This document shows positions 19,623 through 28,293 of a stretch of 38,752 nt of DNA, piece after piece. A model generated the notes under the pieces. That model was given only the letters and a program-made list of their open reading frames with translations, did not search any database and was not told where the DNA came from. A program made the translations under genes and the position numbers. Position 1 is the stretch's first letter, and the number at the start of each line of letters is the position of its first letter. Source of the stretch: Pseudomonadota bacterium (GTDB lineage Bacteria > UBA10199 > 2-02-FULL-44-16 > JBDRGF01); NCBI GenBank assembly GCA_043818055.1, contig JBDRGF010000024.1, positions 1-38,752 on the forward strand, written 5' to 3'.

Positions 19623-20120
19623 CTACATGTTATTGTTCAGTTTTATCTTAGGATTTTCTTTATACCAATCTTTGTCTCGAAGATATGCTTCGAGCTCGGA
19701 CTCGAGCATATTCTTATGGCTTCGTTCTATATCCGCGAGATAATCGAGAATCTTTTTTCCATCGTGGTCATCCGTCCGTTCAGCCAGTTTCCTGTAGAAC
19801 TCCGCCGCCTGACTTTCCCGCTCGATCGCAAACTTGAGCGCATCCTCAATTGAATCGAGCGCAACGGGAAATCCACCCTCGGCAGTCTCAAAATCTCCTT
19901 CAGGAAGAATTGGGTCTTCAACCTTACCTGTCAGCCTGTGATAGAGTGAGATGAGGATGTGGCGATGTTGCTCCTCTTCTCTCGCCAGAGATTCGTATCG
20001 GGCCCTCACAAGATCATTTTTGATCATCTTCGACACCTTGTGATAAAACGCAGCGGCGTCCTCTTCACCTCTGATGGCGAGCTTGATAATTTCTTCTGCT
20101 GATCCTGTCATATCTATCAT
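19623..20120 (-). CDS. Rubrerythrin-like ferritin-family protein
   Basis: Twin E..FY...EEQH and E..FY...ERSH diiron motifs. Confidence 0.85.
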   Translation of the reverse strand: MIDMTGSAEEIIKLAIRGEEDAAAFYHKVSKMIKNDLVRARYESLAREEEQHRHILISLYHRLTGKVEDPILPEGDFETAEGGFPVALDSIEDALKFAIERESQAAEFYRKLAERTDDHDGKKILDYLADIERSHKNMLESELEAYLRDKDWYKENPKIKLNNNM

Positions 20121-20130
20121 AATTCATCCT

Positions 20131-20982
20131 TCATTCGAAATTTTTCATAAAATCCTTAACAGCTTTGACATCGTAGGGCAACTCAACAAGCGCCCTCTTT
20201 TTTAACACATCGAACTTATGTTCAAACGATTCCCTCTCACATTTATATATCACGCCGATCGGAATTTTATCACCCCACTCGGCAGCTTTCTTTATAGCCT
20301 CATTCCAATCGGTCGGATCGTAGTCAGACGCAAGCTCATAACTGCGTTTTTTATACCATGCAAATGTGTTTACCTTGTTAAACGATACACACGGTTGCAG
20401 AATATCGACCAGTGAAAAGCCCTTATGTTTTATGGCCTGCGCTATCATATTCTTAAGGTGCTCAGTATTCCCTGAAAAACTTCTTGCGACAAAACCGGCA
20501 TGCATGGAAACCGCCATGCTCAACGGATGAAATGGTTCGGAGAGCACGCCGAAGGGCTGCGCCTTCGTGACAAAACCTTCGTCGGATGTAGGAGAGGCCT
20601 GTCCCTTCGTCAGTCCATAGATCTGATTGTTATGAACCAGGACTGTTATGTCGATATTGCGCCTTATAGCCGCAAGAAAGTGATTACCACCCTCCCCGTA
20701 CATGCAGCCGTCGCCGCTCTCGACTATCACCACGAGTTTATGATTAGCAAGCTTCGCGCCTGTAGCGACTGGCAAAGATCTGCCGTGCAGGCCGTCGAAG
20801 AGATTAGCGTTTAAATAGTGCGGCGCCTTCGCGGCCTGTCCAATCCCTGAGACGAATAGCACCTGATGAGGTTTAAGATCGCACTCAACGAGCGTTTCCT
20901 TTACGGTATTCAGAATCGCGAAGTTTCCGCATCCCGGGCACCACGCGGTCTCGTAATTTCCGTAATCTTTTATGTCGATCAT
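20131..20982 (-). CDS. 2-oxoacid:ferredoxin oxidoreductase beta subunit
   Basis: WCPGCGNF, LHGRSLP, GDG, NNQIYGLTKGQASPT. Confidence 0.92.
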   Translation of the reverse strand: MIDIKDYGNYETAWCPGCGNFAILNTVKETLVECDLKPHQVLFVSGIGQAAKAPHYLNANLFDGLHGRSLPVATGAKLANHKLVVIVESGDGCMYGEGGNHFLAAIRRNIDITVLVHNNQIYGLTKGQASPTSDEGFVTKAQPFGVLSEPFHPLSMAVSMHAGFVARSFSGNTEHLKNMIAQAIKHKGFSLVDILQPCVSFNKVNTFAWYKKRSYELASDYDPTDWNEAIKKAAEWGDKIPIGVIYKCERESFEHKFDVLKKRALVELPYDVKAVKDFMKNFE

Positions 20983-20995
20983 GTCAGATCCTAAC

Positions 20996-21061
20996 GGGAA
21001 GGTTTAAAACCTTCCCCTACAAAAACCCTCTTTACGGGCAGACACATGGGTCTGCCCCTAC
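20996..21061 (-). repeat. Two tandem GTAG-type REP palindromes
   Basis: Minus strand GTAGGGGCAGACCCATGTGTCTGCCC (21061-21036) and GTAGGGGAAGGTTTTAAACCTTCCC (21020-20996). Confidence 0.8.
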
Positions 21062-22731
21062 AAACCCTTATTTAAAATATATTCCGGTGTGATGGGAAGT
21101 CCATCATACCTCAGTATCTTCTTCTTAATTTCAAAGCCCATCTCTCGTCGGATGAGTTTTGTAAATTGTCCTGTCGCATTTCCTTCTACTGACACAACCT
21201 CTTTTGCGGCCTCAAGATATTTCATAAAATTTTCTGGAATCAGAGGCCACACCTGAGAGAAATGAAGCATCGCAACTTTTTTGCCTTTCCCCTTTAATTC
21301 CGCAACAGCTTCATGGACTGAGCCATAAGTCGATCCCCACGCGACGAAAAGAAGGTCGGGATTGGTATCTCCTTCATAGTTTGGAGCTACCACCTCTTTT
21401 TTTATTCCATCCATCTTCTTCATGCGCTTGTGCATCATATCTACACGGACTTTGAGATCCTCTGTCAGATGTCCATCTGGCGTATGCTCATCGCTATCGA
21501 CGACGACGAGATTCTCACTCAAACCCGGAAAGAGTCTCGGAGATATACCATCCTCTGATATTTTAAATCTCTCGTACGGTTTTTTATTCGAAATATGCTT
21601 CTCAACAGTCACAAGCGGATTCAAATCTTTATCTTCAAACGGAGCAACCGCACGATATGAGTCGGCCAGAAACTGATCCGTCAAAACAAAGACTGGACTT
21701 TGAAATTTATCAGCGACCTCAACAGCTTTTCGTGTCAGATGAAAACATTCTTCAACCGATCCGGGAGCAAAGATGGCTCTCGGAAATTCGCCATGTCCCG
21801 CATGCAAAACCATCTCGAGATCGGCCTGCTCGGTGCGCGTTGGAAGCCCTGTTGCCGGCCCAGGTCGCTGGGAAACCACTATAACAATCGGCGTTTCAAT
21901 CATGGCTGAGAGACTTACACCCTCTACCATCAATGCGAAACCGCCACCGGAAGTTGCAACGATAGCCGGAGCCCCACAGTAGGACGCGCCAAGAGCCATG
22001 TTGATTGCGGCTATCTCATCCTCAGCTTGTTCAACTATGATCCCAAGTTTTTTTGACGCGGCAACGAGTCCTAGCGATACAGATGTTGCAGGTGTCATCG
22101 GATAGAATGAAGAAAACTTTATGCCGGCTGAAAGAGCCCCCAGAACAATCGCTTCGTTGCCATTCATCATCAGATTTTTATCGTGAGAGTTTATTTTATC
22201 AAGCTTGTGGTTCAAAAGATTTTGTTCCTGCGACCATTCGAAACTCTTATTGAGTACATCGACATTTTCTTTTATAATTTTTTCATCTTTTTTAGCGAAC
22301 TGATTCTCGACTACACCTTTGATCACATCGACATCAAGGCCGATGAGCGATCCCACGACACCAAGGGATGCGATATTAGAAAATCTAGCGTGAGATAAAT
22401 CTTTATATGGAACTTCGACTAAATTCTTTGATGATATTTTATGTTCTTTATCTGCTACAACCAACCCATCCGGATTCAGATCTTTGATATGCAAATCGAA
22501 TGTCTCACGATTAAGACAGATGAGAAGATCAAGCTTCTCGTTAGAGGCGTGAATTTTTTCCACACTTGCTCTGATAACAAAGGTATTATGTCCACCACGT
22601 ATTCTCGATTGATAGTCTTGAGTTACAACTATTGAATAGCCGCTTCTGACAAGGCTCTTTGCGAGACTAAAGCCTACTGTCACCAAACCCTGCCCCGCTT
22701 CGCCACCGATTAGGATATTGCATTCTTTCAT
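21058..22731 (-). CDS. 2-oxoacid:acceptor oxidoreductase alpha subunit (gamma-alpha fusion)
   Basis: GGEAGQG, YQSRIRGGH, YPMTPAT, EQAEDEIAA, QRPGPATGLPT. Confidence 0.92.
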   Translation of the reverse strand: MKECNILIGGEAGQGLVTVGFSLAKSLVRSGYSIVVTQDYQSRIRGGHNTFVIRASVEKIHASNEKLDLLICLNRETFDLHIKDLNPDGLVVADKEHKISSKNLVEVPYKDLSHARFSNIASLGVVGSLIGLDVDVIKGVVENQFAKKDEKIIKENVDVLNKSFEWSQEQNLLNHKLDKINSHDKNLMMNGNEAIVLGALSAGIKFSSFYPMTPATSVSLGLVAASKKLGIIVEQAEDEIAAINMALGASYCGAPAIVATSGGGFALMVEGVSLSAMIETPIVIVVSQRPGPATGLPTRTEQADLEMVLHAGHGEFPRAIFAPGSVEECFHLTRKAVEVADKFQSPVFVLTDQFLADSYRAVAPFEDKDLNPLVTVEKHISNKKPYERFKISEDGISPRLFPGLSENLVVVDSDEHTPDGHLTEDLKVRVDMMHKRMKKMDGIKKEVVAPNYEGDTNPDLLFVAWGSTYGSVHEAVAELKGKGKKVAMLHFSQVWPLIPENFMKYLEAAKEVVSVEGNATGQFTKLIRREMGFEIKKKILRYDGLPITPEYILNKGL

Positions 22732-22752
22732 TTACAATCCTTTTAACAACAA

Positions 22753-22781
22753 GTACGGGCGGGTTTGAAACCCGCCCCTAC
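22753..22781 (-). repeat. GTAG-type REP palindrome
   Basis: Minus strand GTAGGGGCGGGTTTCAAACCCGCCCGTAC. Confidence 0.8.
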
Positions 22782-22800
22782 AAATACAATAAATGTAAAA

Positions 22801-23334
22801 CTATCCCGCATCCATCGCGTGATGTTCGTTTTCGACAAACCACGCACTGGGATCGGAGAGATACTGTTTCATATCCTTCAATACGTTATAATGTTTTTTC
22901 TCTTCGGCAACCATCCTCTCCACAAAATATTTTTCAAGGGGATCTGTTGCGCTGGGGAGATATTCCTCGTAAAAGACGACCGTCTTCCATTCAAAATCGA
23001 TACCGACATCGAGTGCTTCGAGGTCGGAGGAATGTGCCTTAATATTCTTTCCAAGCTTATTGGAAATATCCTTGAACAGATCCTTCACATCCCTGTGATC
23101 GCTCTGCATCCCCTCCCACTCATCTGTCCATCCCTTTTCATTCTTCAGCGATTCGTAGATATTGAGAATTCTGTCTATGTGGATCAGTTCATCCTGCATA
23201 AGAGTTGTAAAGATCTCCTTACCCAGCTCATTCTGGCAATTCTTAATCGCATCATCATAGAACGCCTTGCCGCTTTCCTCTATCTCAAGGGCCTTTGCCA
23301 ACATCTTCAATGCTCTTTCATTTTTATTGGGCAT
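22801..23334 (-). CDS. Rubrerythrin-like ferritin-family protein
   Basis: EIEESGKAFY...DELIH and FEWKTVVFY...EEKKH. Confidence 0.85.
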   Translation of the reverse strand: MPNKNERALKMLAKALEIEESGKAFYDDAIKNCQNELGKEIFTTLMQDELIHIDRILNIYESLKNEKGWTDEWEGMQSDHRDVKDLFKDISNKLGKNIKAHSSDLEALDVGIDFEWKTVVFYEEYLPSATDPLEKYFVERMVAEEKKHYNVLKDMKQYLSDPSAWFVENEHHAMDAG

Positions 23335-23349
23335 CTTTCCTCCTATTAA

Positions 23350-23832
23350 TTACAGCTGATTCAACCTCTCGCTCAAAAGTGAGACATGTTTCATCTCCTC
23401 TTTGATAATATTATCAACTTTTTTTCCACCCAGATGTTCGGGAACTAAACCTTTAATTCCCAGATAAAATACAATAGAATCCTTCTCAAGCTGGATCGCC
23501 TTCATTAGAAATTCCTCTTTTGATTCGCCGCCTGTCAACGATTTCGCCGGGTCATCATCGAAATTAAAAACTTTGCCGGAAGCGATCGCTTTAAGATAGA
23601 GAGTCACCTGATCGTCGGGATTATAAACTTCATTGTGGAGACCATCCGCAAACTCTTCTCTCATATCCTGAAAAATCCGCTGATGATCATCCTCCATCTC
23701 GGCGAGCTTGAGAAGCATAACTTTGGATCTGTCATCAAAAGAACCTTCCGCTGCCTTCCTGTAAAACGCTGCTCCATCTTTCTCTATCTTCAACGCAATT
23801 TCGAATATCTCATCTATATTATATACGCTCAT
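23350..23832 (-). CDS. Rubrerythrin-like ferritin-family protein
   Basis: IEKDGAAFY...MEDDH and LEKDSIVFY...EEMKH. Confidence 0.85.
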   Translation of the reverse strand: MSVYNIDEIFEIALKIEKDGAAFYRKAAEGSFDDRSKVMLLKLAEMEDDHQRIFQDMREEFADGLHNEVYNPDDQVTLYLKAIASGKVFNFDDDPAKSLTGGESKEEFLMKAIQLEKDSIVFYLGIKGLVPEHLGGKKVDNIIKEEMKHVSLLSERLNQL

Positions 23833-23834
23833 CG

Positions 23835-24359
23835 TTATTCTCCACCGGGGGCTGTCGCAACGGCATAGTTGAAAACGCGCGTAGAGAGTTCCTTGTCGAG
23901 CATGAAGAGTCCACCCTTGTTATCGCCGACGAGTTTTAACTGTTGAACTACTCCATCTGCACTCGCCTCCTCTTCAACCTGTTCCTTCACATACCATTGC
24001 AGAAAGTTGTCGCTCGCGTGATCGTTCTCGGATCTTGCCAATGTGACCAGATCGTTTATCATACCGGTTACCTTCTGTTCATGCTTGTATGCATCTTCAA
24101 AGACATTCAACGGAGACTTCCATTCTGTCTGGGGAGCCTCTATCGCAGAGAGCTTTGCCCTTACTGCTCTCTCGGAGAGATGATTAAAAAATTTCATCGC
24201 ATGAAAGACCTCTTCCTGGGCCTGAGCCTTCATCCATTTTGAAAATCCAGGGAGGTTGATCGAATCGAAATAGGCAACCATCGATAGATAGAGATAAGCC
24301 GAATACATTTCCGCATTGATCTGTTTGTTCATCGCATCCACCATCTTATTGCTAATCAT
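23835..24359 (-). CDS. ftnA: Non-heme ferritin
   Basis: [34 protein letters not shown]; start ATG 24359 after AGGAG. Confidence 0.9.
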   Translation of the reverse strand: MISNKMVDAMNKQINAEMYSAYLYLSMVAYFDSINLPGFSKWMKAQAQEEVFHAMKFFNHLSERAVRAKLSAIEAPQTEWKSPLNVFEDAYKHEQKVTGMINDLVTLARSENDHASDNFLQWYVKEQVEEEASADGVVQQLKLVGDNKGGLFMLDKELSTRVFNYAVATAPGGE

Positions 24360-24739
24360 GACAAATCTCCTTTCCATAATCCGTGCAGGTTACAATACTC
24401 GCGCGCCGAAACCTGTGCGGCGTCGGTTTTAAAAGTTGCTTCTGGGGCATCCCCCGGTATTAAGAATTTCCTCTAAGCTACATCTCCTGCTACAACCTCA
24501 ATCCACTCGATGTAATCCTTCACATCCATGGGATGGGCGACACTACCAACTTTTACTTTATATCCGCCCTCGACCTTTTCAATCACCGGCACATGTTTTT
24601 CCTTTGCGGCATCGACTGTGTTTGCAGCAAAGAGCTTCATCGGCTGGCCGCAGCAGACAAGCTCCCCTTCACCGCCATGCAGGACTTCGACGATGTTGCC
24701 ACACACCTCGCACTTATAGATTTCGAGTTTTTTTGCCAT
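24356..24739 (-). pseudogene. dfx: Desulfoferrodoxin (superoxide reductase) with an in-frame TAG at 24473-24475
   Basis: [23 protein letters not shown]; after the TAG the frame continues [14 protein letters not shown]...[16 protein letters not shown] to a TGA overlapping the ferritin start. Confidence 0.88.
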
Positions 24740-24783
24740 TTGATCCCCCCTTATTATTAATAATTCGCGTAAATGTAATTGAC

Positions 24784-25290
24784 CTAAATCAAATCCTTCA
24801 AAGCCTTCAACACATCCTCGTAATCCGGCTCATTTGTCAATTCTTTCACCAATTGGACATATCTCACTACCCCTTCACGATCAACTATAAAAACAGCCCT
24901 CGCTAAAAGCTTCAATTCATCAATCAAAACACCCATGCCATTAGCCAGGTTTAATCCGTTATAGTCCGACAACGTCTTTACACGCTTTATATTTGCCGCA
25001 CCACACCAACGGGCCTGGGCGAATGGAAGATCGGCGCTGATAGCCAACACCTGCACTGCATCTGAAAGATTTGTCGCCTCCTGATTGAATTTTTTTATCT
25101 CGATATCGCAGACTGGAGTGTCGAGAGATGGAACGGTACAGATCACAAGCAGTTTTCCCTTGTATGATGAGAGTTTCACCTTTGACATATCATTAGCGAC
25201 GAGTTCAACTTCCGGAAGTTCTTTCCCCACATCTGTAGAATTTCCAACCAGATTCAAAGGACTTCCCTGAAATGTAATTTTATTTTCCAT
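24784..25290 (-). CDS. tpx: Thiol peroxidase (atypical 2-Cys peroxiredoxin)
   Basis: [28 protein letters not shown]. Confidence 0.93.
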   Translation of the reverse strand: MENKITFQGSPLNLVGNSTDVGKELPEVELVANDMSKVKLSSYKGKLLVICTVPSLDTPVCDIEIKKFNQEATNLSDAVQVLAISADLPFAQARWCGAANIKRVKTLSDYNGLNLANGMGVLIDELKLLARAVFIVDREGVVRYVQLVKELTNEPDYEDVLKALKDLI

Positions 25291-25336
25291 GTTTTCCCCC
25301 TATTTGAAGTGATAAATCACGAACATCAAACCAAAA

Positions 25337-25753
25337 CTATCGTTTTTTAATGACCTTCTTTTTAACAACTTTTTTCTTCTTCCTGCGCTTTGCGAACCTC
25401 TTATCACGAAACTTATAGACTTCATCTATTGTTGTAAAAACGTTTTCTGTATCGTCATAATCGTGTTCCGTCTTTGCCTCAAAATCGCATTCAGAGGGAT
25501 CATGAGAGCGACAGATCATCGGACGCTTCTCATAGACTTTGCATTTACCGTTCTTACTAAGATGTTTGCAGCGGTTTTTAACCATCAGATGCCATAACCC
25601 CTTACAAACATGAACGGAGACCTTTTCGTGCGCCACCATCCACGCGACATCTTCAAAATCCGACTTAGTCGTCGGCTTATCTATCTCCACACAAAAATAG
25701 CTGCAGCATTTTGAACAGCGGCGGCAGTTATGCTTTAAATTTGCGTGTTTCAT
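25337..25753 (-). CDS. YkgJ family cysteine-cluster protein
   Basis: CRRCSKCC, CKHL, CKVYEKRPMICR; basic C-terminal tail. Confidence 0.85.
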   Translation of the reverse strand: MKHANLKHNCRRCSKCCSYFCVEIDKPTTKSDFEDVAWMVAHEKVSVHVCKGLWHLMVKNRCKHLSKNGKCKVYEKRPMICRSHDPSECDFEAKTEHDYDDTENVFTTIDEVYKFRDKRFAKRRKKKKVVKKKVIKKR

Positions 25754-25831
25754 ATTTCACCTTTAACCCTTCTCCTTTTGAATTAGGACAATAGCATTTA
25801 CAGGTCAATCTAAATTGTATAAGTCTGGGCC

Positions 25832-26269
25832 ATGCAAAAAAAGTTTAAAATCCTTTTTGTCTGCACTCACAACGCATGCAGAAGCCAGATGGCAGAGGGT
25901 TGGGCTAATCATCTTGGCGGGACTTTAGTTGAAGCTCATTCAGCAGGAACTGTTCGCTGTGCCGCCATATGTGCTGAATCGGTCGAGGTGATGATGGAGG
26001 CGGGTGTCGATATCTCTAAAAATAAACCAAAGCTCGTAGATGAATATGATTTAAACGACTTCGACCTGATCGTGACTGTGTGCGATCATGCAAATGAAAC
26101 TTGTCCAAATTTGCCGAAGGGTGTAAAACATATTCATCAGAATTTCGTCGATCCCGGGGTTATCTCCAAAGGTGCAAAGGATCGCGAGGAGATTCTCGAT
26201 TACTTCAGAAAATCGAGGGATGAAATAAAGGAATTTATCAGGAAATTGTTGAGCAACAGGAATAATTAA
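25832..26269 (+). CDS. arsC: Arsenate reductase (LMW-PTP family)
   Basis: LFVCTHNACRSQMAEG and VTVCDHANETCP. Confidence 0.88.
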   Translation: MQKKFKILFVCTHNACRSQMAEGWANHLGGTLVEAHSAGTVRCAAICAESVEVMMEAGVDISKNKPKLVDEYDLNDFDLIVTVCDHANETCPNLPKGVKHIHQNFVDPGVISKGAKDREEILDYFRKSRDEIKEFIRKLLSNRNN

Positions 26270-26293
26270 CAATACAAAATATCCAATCTCCAA

Positions 26294-26387
26294 TGATTGT
26301 TAATTGTTTATTGATTATTGTTAATTGCCTTATTGTTAATTGGTTATTGTCTATTGTTAATTTGCTTTATTGTTTATTGTTAATTGT
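26294..26387. repeat. Heptamer tandem repeat (TTATTGT/TAATTGT), about 13 units
   Basis: TGATTGT TAATTGT TTATTGA TTATTGT TAATTGC...; a few opposite-orientation CAAT units at 26264-26294. Confidence 0.85.
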
Positions 26388-26401
26388 CTTTAGGAGGAAT
26401 A

Positions 26402-27595
26402 ATGGATTCAGCGATCGCAATTAAAAAGGATGTTTACTGGGTAGGGGCAAACGACAGGGAGACGCACCTCTTCGAAGGATTGTGGCCGCTCCCCAGAGGG
26501 GTCTCTTACAACGCCTATCTCATAGATGACAAAAAGACAGCCCTCATAGATACGGTCAAAAATAACTCATTCGAGAGCTACCTCAACAAAATTAGATGCG
26601 TCACAGGGGAAGATAAAAAAATCGACTACCTCATCATCAACCATATGGAGCCGGATCATTCGGGATCGATAAAGATGCTGCTTGAGGTGCATCCTGAAAT
26701 GCAGATCGTGTGCAACAAGAAGACCGTGGATTTTTTAAAACACTTCTACGGCATCACCGAGAATCTCAAAATCGTTGAAGATGGCGATGTTCTTGATCTG
26801 GGGAAACGCAAATTAAAATTCTTTCTCACCCCGATGGTTCACTGGCCCGAGACTATGATGACATATCTCACCGATGAAAAGGTCCTCTTCTCTGGAGATG
26901 CTTTCGGCGGCTTCGGGGCATTGGATGGCGGGATCTTCGATGACGAGGTCGATATAGATTTTTTTGAAGATGAGATATTGAGATATTTTTCAAACATCGT
27001 CGGGAAATATTGCCCGATGGTCCAAAAGGCGATTGCAAAGCTAAAGGGTCTTGAAGTCAGAATGATCGCCTCTACGCATGGTCCGATCTGGAGAACCAAT
27101 CCTACTAGCATCGTGGAACGCTATGACAGATGGAGCAAACACGAGGCTGAAGAGGGAGTAGTTATCACATATGCTTCGATGTATGGTAATACGGAAAAAA
27201 TGATGGAAGCACTTGCCCGGGGGCTTGCAGAGGAAGAGATCTGCAAGATCAGAATTCACAACGTATCCACAACACACATCTCATATCTCATAAGGGACGC
27301 GTGGCGCTACAAAGCCCTCATCCTCGGAAGCCCGACATATGACACAAAGCTTTACCCCTTGATGGACAACTTTATAAGAATGCTCGAGCACAAAGGGCTC
27401 ACCAACAGGCTATTAGGACTCTTTGGCACCTATGGGTGGAGCGGCGGCGGTGTGAGCACCCTTACGGAGTTTGCAAAAAAGGGAAAGTGGGAACTAATCG
27501 AGCCTATCATCGAGGCCCACTGCTCTCCCACGATGGACGACCTTCAAAACTGCTATCACTTGGGACAGAAGGTGGTGAAGAGGTTGAAGGGATAA
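26402..27595 (+). CDS. fprA: FprA family flavodiiron protein
   Basis: NHMEPDHSG, VHWPE, FSGDAFG, YASMYGNT flavodoxin domain; AGGAGG RBS before ATG 26402. Confidence 0.92.
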   Translation: MDSAIAIKKDVYWVGANDRETHLFEGLWPLPRGVSYNAYLIDDKKTALIDTVKNNSFESYLNKIRCVTGEDKKIDYLIINHMEPDHSGSIKMLLEVHPEMQIVCNKKTVDFLKHFYGITENLKIVEDGDVLDLGKRKLKFFLTPMVHWPETMMTYLTDEKVLFSGDAFGGFGALDGGIFDDEVDIDFFEDEILRYFSNIVGKYCPMVQKAIAKLKGLEVRMIASTHGPIWRTNPTSIVERYDRWSKHEAEEGVVITYASMYGNTEKMMEALARGLAEEEICKIRIHNVSTTHISYLIRDAWRYKALILGSPTYDTKLYPLMDNFIRMLEHKGLTNRLLGLFGTYGWSGGGVSTLTEFAKKGKWELIEPIIEAHCSPTMDDLQNCYHLGQKVVKRLKG

Positions 27596-27598
27596 GAT

Positions 27599-28051
27599 AT
27601 GTTTATCTTTCTGCGATTACTTTTAGCTCACGTACTTGCGGATTCGCTGCTGCAACCCGACAGAATGCATCAATTAAAAATGACGAGTATACTGTATCAG
27701 ATGCTCCATGCTACAATCTTTATTTTGTGCTCTCTTGTTTTGCTGTTTCCATTTCTCAATCGTTTCGATACGTGGGCGTTCATCTTTGCTTTGGGGCTTG
27801 GACATTTCCTGATCGATCATTTAAAGATCAACTACTCATTGAAGCATCAAAAGAGAAACGGCAGGACATTGCTCTTTCTTGATCAGATCGCACACCTCCT
27901 CACGATCGCCATTATCTTTGTCACGCCGCTGAAAAATCTATCGTACCATTCAAAGATCTACGGAAACGATCTTATCATAGTCGGCATCATTTTTCTCATC
28001 GCACTGATCTATCTGATTATGAATAGAGCAAAGAGAGTGCATGCCCGTTAG
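27599..28051 (+). CDS. DUF3307 family membrane protein
   Basis: LLAHVLADSLLQ, HFLID, DQIAH motifs. Confidence 0.8.
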   Translation: MFIFLRLLLAHVLADSLLQPDRMHQLKMTSILYQMLHATIFILCSLVLLFPFLNRFDTWAFIFALGLGHFLIDHLKINYSLKHQKRNGRTLLFLDQIAHLLTIAIIFVTPLKNLSYHSKIYGNDLIIVGIIFLIALIYLIMNRAKRVHAR

Positions 28052-28105
28052 CAACTTTTTTTGCTCTTTTTTCGTTTGCAAGCATGATTCGAATGTACGA
28101 GTTTT

Positions 28106-28133
28106 GTGGGGGCGGTTCGCGAACCGCCCCTAC
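28106..28133 (-). repeat. GTAG-type REP palindrome (could also act as a terminator between convergent genes)
   Basis: Minus strand GTAGGGGCGGTTCGCGAACCGCCCCCAC. Confidence 0.8.
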
Positions 28134-28293
28134 GAGATTGAAATGTTACAAAAAACTCGCGCCTGAAGTTAAAAATTAGGATGACGACATATAAAATAAC
28201 AACGATTACGATAAGATTATCTCTTGAATTCCTCGAACACGATACTGCTGTGGTTGATGTTCAGGCGTTTTGCCAGAATCATCACAACATCCT

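Noticed and set aside
24473..24475. Genome-wide amber recoding or pyrrolysine
   Set aside because: TAG is the evident terminator of many full-length genes here (3459, 19623, 21058, 22801, 24784, 25337, 36364); the position is normally Tyr, and a nearby ligand His is also altered
25309..25320. GTGATAAATCAC palindrome upstream of tpx as a Rex/FNR/PerR site
   Set aside because: Spacing does not fit these consensuses and there is only one short instance
26264..26387. CRISPR array
   Set aside because: 7-bp degenerate tandem units without unique spacers; no cas genes in the window
28140..28290. Stop-free minus-strand stretch and a CGCCTGAA/TTCAGGCG inverted pair downstream of the PP2C gene (possible immunity gene or sRNA)
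   Set aside because: No start codon or RBS for a sizeable ORF; the 8-bp inverted pair could be chance
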